Shown: positions 53,186 through 64,000 of the stretch, one piece after another | Numbering within the stretch: position 1 is the stretch's first letter | Layout of the letters: each line of letters starts with the position of its first letter | DNA from: Paraglomus brasilianum | Taxonomy: Eukaryota | DNA length: 64,000 nucleotides | NCBI GenBank assembly: GCA_910592345.1 | Contig: CAJVPI010000036.1 | Coordinates: 1 to 64,000, forward strand | Direction of reading: 5' to 3' | The notes under the pieces: model-generated | Seen by the model: the letters and a program-made list of their open reading frames with translations, nothing else | What the model was told of the DNA's origin: nothing | Database searches by the model: none | Translations under genes and position numbers: made by a program

Positions 53186-54078
53186 CTATTGACCATTCAA
53201 CAAAATACTCAGTGAAAACTCACCTCCAACGTGATAACTTGCTTCCACAAGGATGTCAAATATTTTCTTCTCATGCTCATGTTCTATTTGCGTTGTGTTT
53301 GCCATGATCTAAAAAATAATAATAAGTTTAGTAATATCTCATTAAATGCAATCAATAACCATTATTACCTTCGAAAGAGGAGTAAGAAGTTGGATGGATT
53401 CACTTCGAATGAACGTTAGTTAAATAGATAATGAATTAATCAAACCAAATATGGTATCTTCTCAGCCAATTAATTCTCACGAACATTGCCGACAATCGTC
53501 ATCCTCCGCAGTACTCCAACAGTTTGAAGTAAATAGTATCAGTATCAGTAATATTAGCAATGGTACATAATTAGTATCACCAGACCTATTATATCCGTTC
53601 TTCCATGACTCGGTTGATAGATGATAATATATTAACGAACAGGGCTCTACAAACAAGTTAGCCAGTTTTGGCAATTATCATCATGATAATCAATAATATT
53701 AGTAGTGTCTATCGTATTATTTCTTGAACCTCACAGTAAGTCCTTATTGAGGATACACAAAAATTCCAGTTTTTGTAACATACCTGACATGCTAAGAGCT
53801 AGCCGAGAAAGTTAGAAGTATAATAAAATTACACTACCCCGACAAACATTTGAACACTTTAACTTTATAAATTTCAAAACACACACATAATAACTGAGAT
53901 AAAACAATTGTGATGTGAACCTGGTATATTAATATTTGCAATGTCATCTTATTCGTTTATATTATCAATCAGCCTGCTGTTGTACAAAACATTGAGATCG
54001 GATCTACGTGCTTTAGATTCTTTCCATTAGATCTCTGTTTCCGTTTTATAACTTCAAACTCTTTTTAAGCCAATCGTT

Positions 54079-54721
54079 ATGGTAAACGTCCACAGAATTC
54101 AGTTTACGTGACTAGACCAGGAATGTGCTTTTTAATATTACGATCCATTTTATCTTATTTATAGGCTGCTTCTAACTCTCAAGGGATTCAGACGCTTGTG
54201 GAGGCTGAAAAGGAGGCTGCAAAGATAGTTCAGAAGGCAAGACAGTGTAAGAATGCAAGATAAAGGAATGCAAGATAAAGGAAGGTCATGTAATGCTATG
54301 TTATGCATCTACTTATGGAAGTTTGCTATGTCTTCGTTTAGATCGAATTGATCGACTAAAGGCTGCCAGAACAGAAGCGGCGAAAGAGATCGAGGATCTA
54401 AAAGCCCAAAAAAATGAAGAATTCCATCAATTTGAGACAGAGGTACTATATAATTATTTATAAGCTGACAGCGGTTACAATGTACCTTTTTATTGCTTCA
54501 CAATGCTCGTGAGTTCTAAATGACAACTCATCCTGGTATAGCATGCTGGCTCTTCAGATCAAACTTTTGCCAAAATTACAACGGAAACCGAAGTTAAACT
54601 ACAACAGATTCAAGAGGCTTTCAATAAACACAAGGCAGTCGTCATTGAAAGACTTTTGTCGGTTGTAACAACGATAGAGCCTAAGTTACATCCTAATGTA
54701 AAAGTTGGAGATCAGGCTTAA
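54079..54721 (+). CDS. VMA10: V-type ATPase subunit G, 4 exons (first exon is ATG only)
   Basis: ATG|gtaaac...tag|AASNSQGIQTLVEAEKEAAKIVQKARQYRIDRLKAARTEAAKEIE...VIERLLSVVTTIEPKLHPN. Confidence 0.95.
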
Positions 54722-54799
54722 ATGGTTAGAACAAACACATATTTATTGGGTCCTCGGCGATTCTGCATGTTCCGAGCTTTCATGGAATTGGGAACTTGC

Positions 54800-57717
54800 A
54801 CGGCAGTCACAAATATTACTAATAAATAATGAAGAAGCGCATTCTTATAGCACGAAGATGAATCAGGATTGTTGCGAATAGTATAATAACATGAGAGAAA
54901 AAACTCCAACAAATGTGATGCGTTTTATTCGATCAGGCACATGGGGAGTGGCACGCAATGAATGGAACTGGGGAAAATAGCCCCCTATTTCCCTCCCGCA
55001 TTTATCGCAATAACATCTCATTATTTTGCTTTGTAGGATTGCCGGCTGAGGCATATACGCTGAAATCAAAGCATACTAATACGTTTATATTATCCACTTT
55101 TCTGTAATGTCGCGACTCCCTCTGTCGTAACCGGGAGAGTATTGGAGGTGGGATAACTTTCATTGATATTGAAATGATAGGGATAACATGACTTACCGAA
55201 AGTACGAAAACTCGTTTAATTAAATCTTATGCTCAAGATTATTATCAGAATAACAAAATTCCTCTACCCAATTCATATTATTATTGGATGTAGCAATATC
55301 CCACATTCAAGATGAAGTCTTATATTATATGACGGACTGCTCTTATGAGGTTAATCCACTTAACAGTATATTATGACATGACACAGCGATTCACCCATAA
55401 TCTATCCTATGTTCTATAGAAAATTTCCAATAAACCATAGAAGATTCTTCATCCTTAAATACTCCCATGTTTAATTTTCGTTAGTAATATTGGTCGCTAA
55501 AGTGCCGGTCACGATGCTTGACTCACGTTTGTCTTAGAAAACCTATTGACAATTCAAGCGGGTTCGGCATCATAAAACGTATGATAATAACCTTCCATCA
55601 CGGCGGGCATCAAACTCTTCCTCACGACGGTTTAAAACTGGGATATAAGGAGGCATAGTTAATCCAACTAGCCCTACCCCGGAGAAAAAAGTCCATTTGT
55701 AACTGAGGAAGAATTCTTGATACCTCGTTATCAGTAAGCTCCAGCTTGCCACCAGTAGAACTGCCGGAGTAACAAATTTCGGTTCCTAGGCCATCTGGTG
55801 TAATGAGCTCCCCGAGGGCGGCAAGGTTTGCATCTTAAATACGTGCGATAATAAGTCTTTGTAACCTCCCGTTCCATTGTCGTAGAAGACTCCCTATCAA
55901 CATTGGCATGATGTAACAGGACATAGGGGAATATTCTTGTGACAGTGGGAGTATAAATCTGGGTCTCATGAATTAGAAGTGAACATTCAATTTTTCAGCG
56001 GCACAAAGTTTACAGATAACGAACGCTCTTTTAGTAAGAGTTGTCGCGGGTCCCCTCAAGTATGAGCCGAACTGACGCATGAGCTGGTCGAGTGTTCGTC
56101 CTGCTCGTTTTTCAGACAAAATAAAAAAACTCGTAGTGCTTCTTCGTAAGTATTGGATCAACATGTAGTTGATGCGAAGAATTTCGTACAAAGCCAGTTA
56201 TTATCGATTAATTTCGATGTCAGTTTGGTTGTACTAGCCATCCACAGGCGGAACTTGCTCTTGTGATATTAATATACATATTGGTAGAAATTGATTCCGT
56301 TATAATCGGAGAAATTGAACAATGAACTTGTGCCAAATAAAACAACTGTTTCCTTGAAGTTGACGTGCCTAATATTAGGTAAGAATGTGTAATTCTCAAG
56401 TCAACGCGTGCTTAACCTTTACTAACTAACCTGCATCCCAATTAAAACTAGGAGATAAGTTATACATAACGTTATTTCAGGATGTACAGCCAAAACACCT
56501 GCCGAAATCAAATCGAGGTTATATTAGCGTATTCAAGTATACATGAAATTTACGACAGTGATATATAGGCTCATCACCATTAGAAAATTCTTTCACTTGT
56601 GAGTATACAGAGCTTTTCGTTTCCTGCAGAAGTTGATGTAGGCAAGACAAAAAGCCGAACAATCCGCTACATAGAATTATTAATAAACACCAGCATTTAA
56701 ATGTAAATAGTCTCCATCAGTATGTCGGTCTCAGCTGTCAAGCTCTTTCTTCGGTACGTCTGCAATGTATTCATCGCGTGATTCGGAGTTCCTCCGCATC
56801 GCTTCTTCGTCTGATTCTCTGTTATCTTGTTCATCCATCTCTCCACCCCAAATGTTCTCAATGATATCACTGATATCAATTTCTCCCCGCTGTTAATAGC
56901 ACATCGTGTGCCTCCTTGATACCGATAATATTCTTCTCGAGTGCGGGAGGGGGGAGGCATCCCAATCCCAGAACAAATCAAACCGATTTAGCATAAGCTT
57001 TAGCATCGTCGTGTGGTAAAGTGTTCACCGTTTTTCCTTTATCGGGCTTATTTGAAATCTCGCATATCCCGTTACACAAAAACTGAAATTTCCCATGACT
57101 AGAACGCGTGGTAGAATCTTTCTGAACATCTAGTATGCCCTATAACGCACTCACTCATTACACGCATCCCAAAAACCTCATTATGTTATTACTAAGCATA
57201 GATTACTAAGTACTGAAAGTAATTGCGCCACACTGACATATTTAATGTCTTGCCAATTAACAACAGAAGTTTTTCTATTCTAATGCTAAATGGTTTTTCT
57301 TTTAATGTGCATGTGGCTAAAATGCAAGATAGGTTGTCGCACGTCATTTTTTTATTAATTTTTGCTTATGTCGCGAAAAAGTTTTTTATTGACTTGCAAG
57401 TAATATTGCTCGTATAACAGACTATGATCCAGTTTGTAATCAATGGTTTGATTTTAATAAGAATTTTACTAGAGCACGATAATTTAGTCTATTAAATGCG
57501 CGTTTCGTTGGCAATTGATTTGCAGAAGCAATATTCTTATTAATAATAACATAATTCCTCAACCGTAAATAGATCCAGCACATACTTTATCCAACTCTCT
57601 TCGACAAAGGTCTATACGATAACCGTAGTCTCTATGACTAATAGGTAGCTATATAAAAAAGTTTGCGTGCGTCTGATTACAAAAACTGTTTGGTGAAACA
57701 TATCCGAATCGTTTCAT
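54800..57717 (-). other. Probable many-exon gene or pseudogene of unknown function; exon structure not resolved
   Basis: A series of short open segments bounded by CTAAC/YAG acceptors and GT donors, e.g. GILDVQKDSTTRSSHGKFQFLCNG, RGEIDISDIIENIWGGEMDEQD, RAGRTLDQLMRQFGSYLRG and RCYCDKCG. I could not build a single stop-free model. Confidence 0.4.
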
Positions 57718-58107
57718 CCTTCACATTTCCCTTTGAGCCAAGTGTAAAAGCAGATGTACGGTCACTTTTGCATATAAAGAAATAAATCCACAGCTCTGTG
57801 CTTTCGGTTCGTTTTATTATTTGACTTGTATGGACATACTAGTCATGGAACATGTTTTTAATAAAACGTCTTATGGTGAATACGAGAGATATTCCCGATA
57901 GAAATGGTTCAATATCGAGTATGAAGAGAACTATTACAGTATATAGTTTGGTTTTCTTGAGTATAATTTTCCATAGATAAGTTTCAAAAAATGGTTTCTC
58001 TCCAACCATTAAATTAAAATGGGTCAAACCTTTTATCATTATTGAGTACGATTCAAGCTTTAATTATTTTACAAAGCCAAAGATAAGGTTTCTGAGATAA
58101 TTGCACT

Positions 58108-58138
58108 GTGTCAAAACTTTTTGAAACCCACCCATGTA
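58108..58138. mobile_element. Solo mariner-type TIR relic related to the TIR at 421-446
   Basis: TCAAAACTTTTTGAAACCCACCCATG-TA versus TCAAAACTTTTCAACCGCCCCACG-TA. Confidence 0.5.
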
Positions 58139-58213
58139 ATTTTGTTATACCATTGCCTGAATTGTATAATGGCTGACACTCTTGAGTAACTCTTTATCCT
58201 TTAAATCATTACG

Positions 58214-59344
58214 TACTGTGTAACAAAGTTTTTTCGCGTACTTCAAATGTTAGCAACTTTTTCAAATAAATGCAATGCGCGTTATATTTAAAAACACATA
58301 AACAAGCAGTACCAAACTGTAAACAAATAAAGTTTAAAATGGTTTTTTGTTTTGTTTTTGTTGAGAAGTTACTGCTAACGACATTTTATATCAAAGAAAA
58401 ACTATGGCTGAATGGAATTACAAAAATAATACATTCCAGGACTGGCATCACAAAATCAACTATCTATCTTAAAAACAGGGAATAATTTAAGAAAATCAGC
58501 AAGTGGTCCCAAGAAAATCCCGCACATGAATTGAGAGCAATAGCTCAATATTTGCGTCGTAACCCGACTGTATACGAGAAATTTGGTGATTAAATTGACG
58601 AAAAATGTCACAAAGGTGTCTCATATGTCAATTTTAAGACATTTGGCAAGATTGGGTTACCAAAACAGTCTGCCTCTAAAGACACCTATGCTTACGGTTG
58701 CTCATAAAAAAGCTCGCGACCAGACACCTCAATGACAATTGGGAGGCCACATTATTTTCTGACGAAACTGCTTTTCAGTTATTCAGAAACACAATAACCC
58801 AACGGTATAAGGGCGAACAACCAGTCCAGCGGATTCCTAAAGATTGGACTAAAATCTTTGCACGGGATTTTGTATACGCGGAAAAACTTCTCTATTTTGC
58901 TTTAGGAAATGCCTGAGCAACATGACTTGTTATTGTATGCTTCGGGTCATTATCTTGCTGGAAGCGCCAATTGCTCCTAAAAAGTTGGTTAATTTCTTAC
59001 GAATGACCTCGCAAAATATCAACGTAAAGTCATAATGTTCCTTAGCGAAAACTTTTGGACTGGCCTTCCAATAGTCCAGACTTCAACCCTATTGCAAATC
59101 TTTGGGCCATTGTTAAAAGAAACGTAGAAATGCATATGCCTAAAAATCTTTCAGAATTAAAGCAGTATATGGCAGAAGAATGGGATAGAATTCCGAATAA
59201 TGTTCTAATTAACTGTATCAGGTCAATGAGAAGGAGATATGAGATGATAATAGAAAACAATGGTCGTTAATTTTATGTCAATAAAAACTTTAGATTATGC
59301 AAGAAGTAAATAAAAAATCCCAAACCCTTTGTTACAACACTGTA
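58214..59344 (+). mobile_element. Near full-length degenerate Tc1 element with an internal inversion
   Basis: Ends TACTGTGTAACAAAG and CTTTGTTACAACACTG-TA. Plus strand encodes LFSDETAFQLFRN and WPSNSPDFNPIANLWAIVKRNVE. The WRFQQDNDPKHT motif lies on the minus strand at ~58940-58972. Confidence 0.85.
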
Positions 59345-59729
59345 CGTCAAGTACAGTTAGTTTTATAATCGGAAAGCACGAGATTTCTGGTTAGTAATTT
59401 TATTTTTCTATTAGAATTATCAATAAAACGTCAATGTCAGGATAATTTGTTTTATTCACAAATACATCATCTTGAGGTTATAAACGTCAATTTTATTTGA
59501 GGAAACAAGCAAAGGTTGTTTGAAAAAAATTATATACATACATAAATTGCGCTTCCGAGAGTCTTTAATAATATCAATGAAATGAGTTCAATATATTCTA
59601 CAAGATCTTGATCCCGATTGGTGCTTTTGCATCTGCAAGTCACATGAATATAGATTGTACCACCAACAATTTCCGAATTATCTACATATAAATGAGATTA
59701 TCCGCAGTTCGCATTCCCGTTGCATCGTA

Positions 59730-62024
59730 ATGGATACACCTCAAGAAACACTTAAAGAGAAGATAAAAAAACAAGGCGATCTTGTGAGGTCACTGAAGGC
59801 TGCTGGGGCTGAAAAGGCGGAGATTGATGCAGCAGTGGGCGTATTGTTAGGCTTGAAAAAGCAACAGACTGGGTCGAGTGGAACGTCAAAGAGTAAAGGA
59901 CCAAAATTCACACTAAAGACACCAAAGGCATGTCAGATAAGCTTGAATTCCTTTTTAATCAAAAGACACTGTTCAATTTTTACATCCGAATAAACGTAAT
60001 ATCTTGTTGGCGCCTTCAAATGTTGTATTGCATGACATTATTCTTGAATAGGGTACTCGTGATTATAACGATAAAGAAATGGCGATCCGGGAAAAGATCT
60101 TCTCCACAATCACCTCTGTCTTCAAGAAACATGGTGCAGTCACCATAGACACACCAGTGTTCGAGTTAAAGGAGATTTTGGCGGGCAAATACGGTGAGGA
60201 CAGTAAATTAATATACGATCTTGAAGATCAAGGCGGGGAAAAGTGTTCTTTGCGTTATGATTTAACGGTAAGTAATGTAGTCTTTGATACTTGATTATTT
60301 GAGGTTGCGAAAATTAATTCGAATCGTTGTTTTTTTCAATGCGTAGGTACCATTTGCAAGGTTTTTGGCTATGAATGGCACGCAGTATCCGAATATTAAG
60401 CGATATCAGATTGCAAAAGTGTACAGAAGGGATCAGCCTGCAATGACTAAAGGTCGAATGAGAGAATTTTATCAATGTGTAAGTAATATTCGGTTACGTA
60501 GTCGATGAGAAATGTTACCCTAAACACCTTATTTTTGATCTGAAATCTGCATTCTTTAGGATTTTGACGTTGCCGGTGTATATGATCCGATGGTAGCTGA
60601 CGCAGAAGTTGTTAGAATAATGTGCGAATGCTTGACTGCACTTGACATTGGCAATTTTACAATCAAGGTAGTGTTGCGAGTAGAAGTTTCTAATATCCGA
60701 CTGGTACCGCAGTCTTTTAAAATCGCTTTTTTGTAGATAAATCATAGGAAGTTGCTTGATGGTATATTTGAAATATGTGGGGTGCCCGAAGCCAAAATAA
60801 GACCAATATCGTCAGCTGTTGATAAATTAGACAAGGTAATGTAGGGGAAGTATTATGGGTATTTCACGCTATTTTCGTGTGATTGAACGAGCTTCAATTG
60901 TCAGCTACCATGGGAAGAGGTGAAGAAAGAGATGTTGGACGAAAAGGGATTAGATCCTGTAGCAGCAGATCGCATTGGCGAGTATGTGATCTTAAAAGGT
61001 ATAGACAGATGATCAAGAGACTCTTTCACTACTACAAGCTGACTGTCCATTTTGTAGGTGGCAAAGAACTCTTGACTCAATTGTTGGATAACAAAGAGTT
61101 AGTGTCTAACAAGAATGTGAAGGCTGGCCTAGACGATATGATCCTTCTGTTCCAATACTTGGAAATCTTCAATGTTCTCGACAAGATGTCTTTTGATCTA
61201 AGTCTTGCAAGAGGCCTAGATTACTATACTGGTATTATATATGAAGCAGTCACGGAACAATCTGGACAACCAAGTAAATGAATATAATTTGTTGATAATT
61301 TGTTTATTTAATTTATGACATATAACTTATCACCATTCACTTTCATTCAATGTTACTGTCGTCCCTTCGCAGAAGCGGAAGATGGCATACAAATAAAAAG
61401 AAAGACCAAGAAAGATTCTGATGAACTCGACGAAACGACTGTTGGTGTCGGGTCGATTGCTGCTGGAGGTCGTTATGACAATCTTGTGGGAATGTTCGCT
61501 AATACTTCGAGTGGTGGTATACCATGTGTTGGCGTGAGTATTGGAGTTGAACGTGTGTTCTCTATATTATTGCAGAGAGCTCAGTTGACTAGTGTTAAGG
61601 CAAACGAAGTCGAAGTTTATGTGATATCAGTAGGAGATGGGCTGTTAGAGGAGAGGATGGGTATATGCACTGAACTCTGGGATGCAGGCATAAAGGTTCG
61701 TAAGTTGCACGTATCTTGCAGTCGAGTTTTGAGGAATAAAAGCATTGTATTGACTATCGTTATTGTGAATGGAAATATTGCATCTACAAAAAAAAACCAA
61801 AACAGGCAGAGTTTATGTATAAGCGTAAACCTAAACTTCAAGCTCAATTTACAGTTTGTGATCGTGATCAAATTCCATATGCCGTCATTGTAGGAAAAAG
61901 TGAACTAGATCGTGGTGAAATCAAAATTAAAGATATGAGGTCAAAAGAGCAAGGAGAAGGCGGTGGCATAATTGTGCCACGATCACAAATGGTTGAAGAA
62001 TTAAGAAAACGGTTAAGAAACTAG
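59730..62024 (+). CDS. HTS1: Histidyl-tRNA synthetase with an N-terminal WHEP domain, multi-exon
   Basis: [32 protein letters not shown] (WHEP), [68 protein letters not shown] and [11 protein letters not shown]. Confidence 0.97.
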
Positions 62025-62507
62025 GTGGACTTTGACAATTAAAATAAAAGAACATTAGACAAGACAGACGGAATATTACGCCTGTGGCAATGACAACGTT
62101 GACAACAACGTTCTTGTGATGTATTTGTTAACTCATAAAGAGGTCTAGACATCACAATGCGAATAACCACCCAGACTTCATTAGATTGTATTTCATCGAT
62201 AAGTTTTGTTTAGCATTGTGTCCTTTGTCCATTATCATTAATAGAAGCCACACAGCACAATCCAAATTTACGAACTTACCAACACGAGTTCAAGAATTAC
62301 CAACTTTGCGGTCAGACATTGTTAAAGAATTGCTTACAATTGGAAACAAGGAAAATTTAATTAATGGCTCCATATAATAGTAATAGCAGGAAACAAGCAC
62401 AAACGCGAATTTCTGCGCATCAATTACCATTGGTCACGCATATTGTAGAAGGTTCCTAATATGGTAATAGTAAGTCGCCAATACAAAGAACAAAGGTGAA
62501 AGAAAAG

Positions 62508-63621
62508 GTAAAGCAGAGAGACTTTCAATCTTCCCTTGCAAAGGAGCCACTAGCTAGAATTAATAAGAAAATATCATAGGAAACATTGGCACGACTGCTA
62601 CGCAAGCACCCACTGCTACACCAGGTAAGTCCTGGTGGAGGTATTATTATCTGTTAAGAATATCACCGTAATATTCAATATCCATTCCGCGTTTTATCTT
62701 GGTAATTCTTGTAACGGAATGGCAGATGTCAGGAGCAACCATCTGATGGCAGGCCCTTCGAGATATGTGACAGGATAAGCTGATGCTATGAAGAATCCAA
62801 AACACATGAAGTAAATGTCACATACCATGGAGAAATTGCCTGTACCCATAGGCCAATAGCTGTACCATTTCGAAATGTGAAAACGGTGTCATTCCAATTT
62901 ACAGCACCGTTTGCCACGAGAGTTGCAATGAAAGCCCTTTTCGTTTGACCTGGGACGCCGTTTCGGCAGTTCGCCACAGCCGGGTTGTCATTAAACCCTG
63001 CGTCATTCCATTGAAACACAAGGGCTGGCATCTTTTTTCTTAATGCACGGAGGACAATGGTCGCGATGGTAGAGTCTTGTAAGACCAGGGGAGGATGTTG
63101 TACGTCTAAACATCCGAGGGTATCAGTGAGGTAATTTTTGTAGTTAGTTCCCAAATTCAATTTTTACCTACCTGTACCACTCTTGCAAGCCAGTAATCAG
63201 GACGTTTATGCTTTGGACTATAATTATACAGTTGTAACGTGAAAAACGTGAAAACAGTCAATACTTTACACTACAGTTGAGAAAGACTCAATACCTTTCT
63301 GGAGGAGTCTTTTGAAAAAGTTTGACATTTTAGATAAGTTCACCGACCGATAATACGAGTAACGGTAATTAAATCATGATTCAGTGATATACGTCATGGG
63401 AATTATTTTTCTCCTGATATGTTGTATGGGGTTGCTAATGCTAGTATTCACTGAGCTTCGTGGAAGTACATTCCTTGGGTCTTCCTATCTCCAATCACTT
63501 CCCTGGAGCCAATAATAGTAAAGCAGAGAGACTTTCAATCTTCCCTTGCAAAGGAGCCACTAGCTAGAAAATATCATAGGGAACGTTGGCACAACGCACC
63601 CACTGCTACACCAGGTAAGTC
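62508..63621. repeat. Direct repeats (62508-62631 and 63518-63621) bracketing the gene at 62647-63328
   Basis: GTAAAGCAGAGAGACTTTCAATCTTCCCTTGCAAAGGAGCCACTAGCTAGAA...GCACCCACTGCTACACCAGGTAAGTC is present twice, near-identical apart from two small indels and a few substitutions. Confidence 0.9.
62647..63328 (-). CDS. Small uncharacterised lineage-specific protein (~150-160 aa, multi-exon)
   Basis: MSNFFKRLLQK|...DVQHPPLVLQDSTIATIVLRALRKKMPALVFQWNDAGFNDNPAVANCRNGVPGQTK...ISPW|ACHQMVAPDICHSVTRITKIKRGMDIEYYGDILNR* with canonical GT-AG introns and a possible micro-exon near 63173-63182. Confidence 0.7.
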
Positions 63622-64000
63622 GTTTGGTGGGTTATTAATGTTGTCTCAATAGTCTTTTTCCGTGGGATTGTTCTTCAAAGATAAAAATTTCTTATTGTAG
63701 ATGCAGCCATGGCCTTTTGTTTGTCGAGCAACTTATAAATTTCAAACGCCATTTTGTTAAATGAAAATTTTGGTTCTTTTATCGTATTAGTATAAGTTTC
63801 AATATCTGGCGAATAAATTTTGTTCGTTGCCAACAGTTTTGTTATGGATTGTAACTTCATCGTTGAATTAATGCTCCCATATGATTAAGCGGGTCGGTAT
63901 TATTTCATCGACAGTTCACTTCACCGACAATTAACTACCAAAAAAGGATAACTTCGAAATAATGTTAGTGAATATTTGTAATTGTCGATGAAATGATTGC

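Noticed and set aside
63675..63860. 61-aa minus-strand ORF
   Set aside because: Short, no motif, cannot be distinguished from chance or a decayed fragment.

Overview
AT-rich, intron-rich eukaryotic DNA. It most likely comes from an early-diverging fungus of the Glomeromycotina/Mucoromycota, inferred from the repeat-containing tyrosine-kinase-like gene, the 3CxxC zinc-finger gene and the many Tc1/mariner relics. I spliced the genes by hand from GT/GC-AG signals. Recognisable genes are a universal stress protein, a tandem LisH-CTLH-CRA protein, C1D/Rrp47, a polyQ RING-H2 E3 ligase, a ZAR1-like 3CxxC protein, a TKL kinase, CWC24, EAF3, a YNL011C/CofD-like protein, V-ATPase subunit G and histidyl-tRNA synthetase. 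Several lineage-specific unknown genes, decayed Tc1/mariner elements and MITEs lie between them. The most interesting signal is a minus-strand locus at about 6.4-7.5 kb. There a Zn-deaminase-motif ORF (GNCAE...ACRNC) overlaps an ORF resembling SUKH/US22 immunity domains, an arrangement like a bacterial polymorphic toxin-immunity pair. The locus is frameshifted as given, and both family calls come from motif recognition only. I recognised no tRNA, rRNA or CRISPR array.
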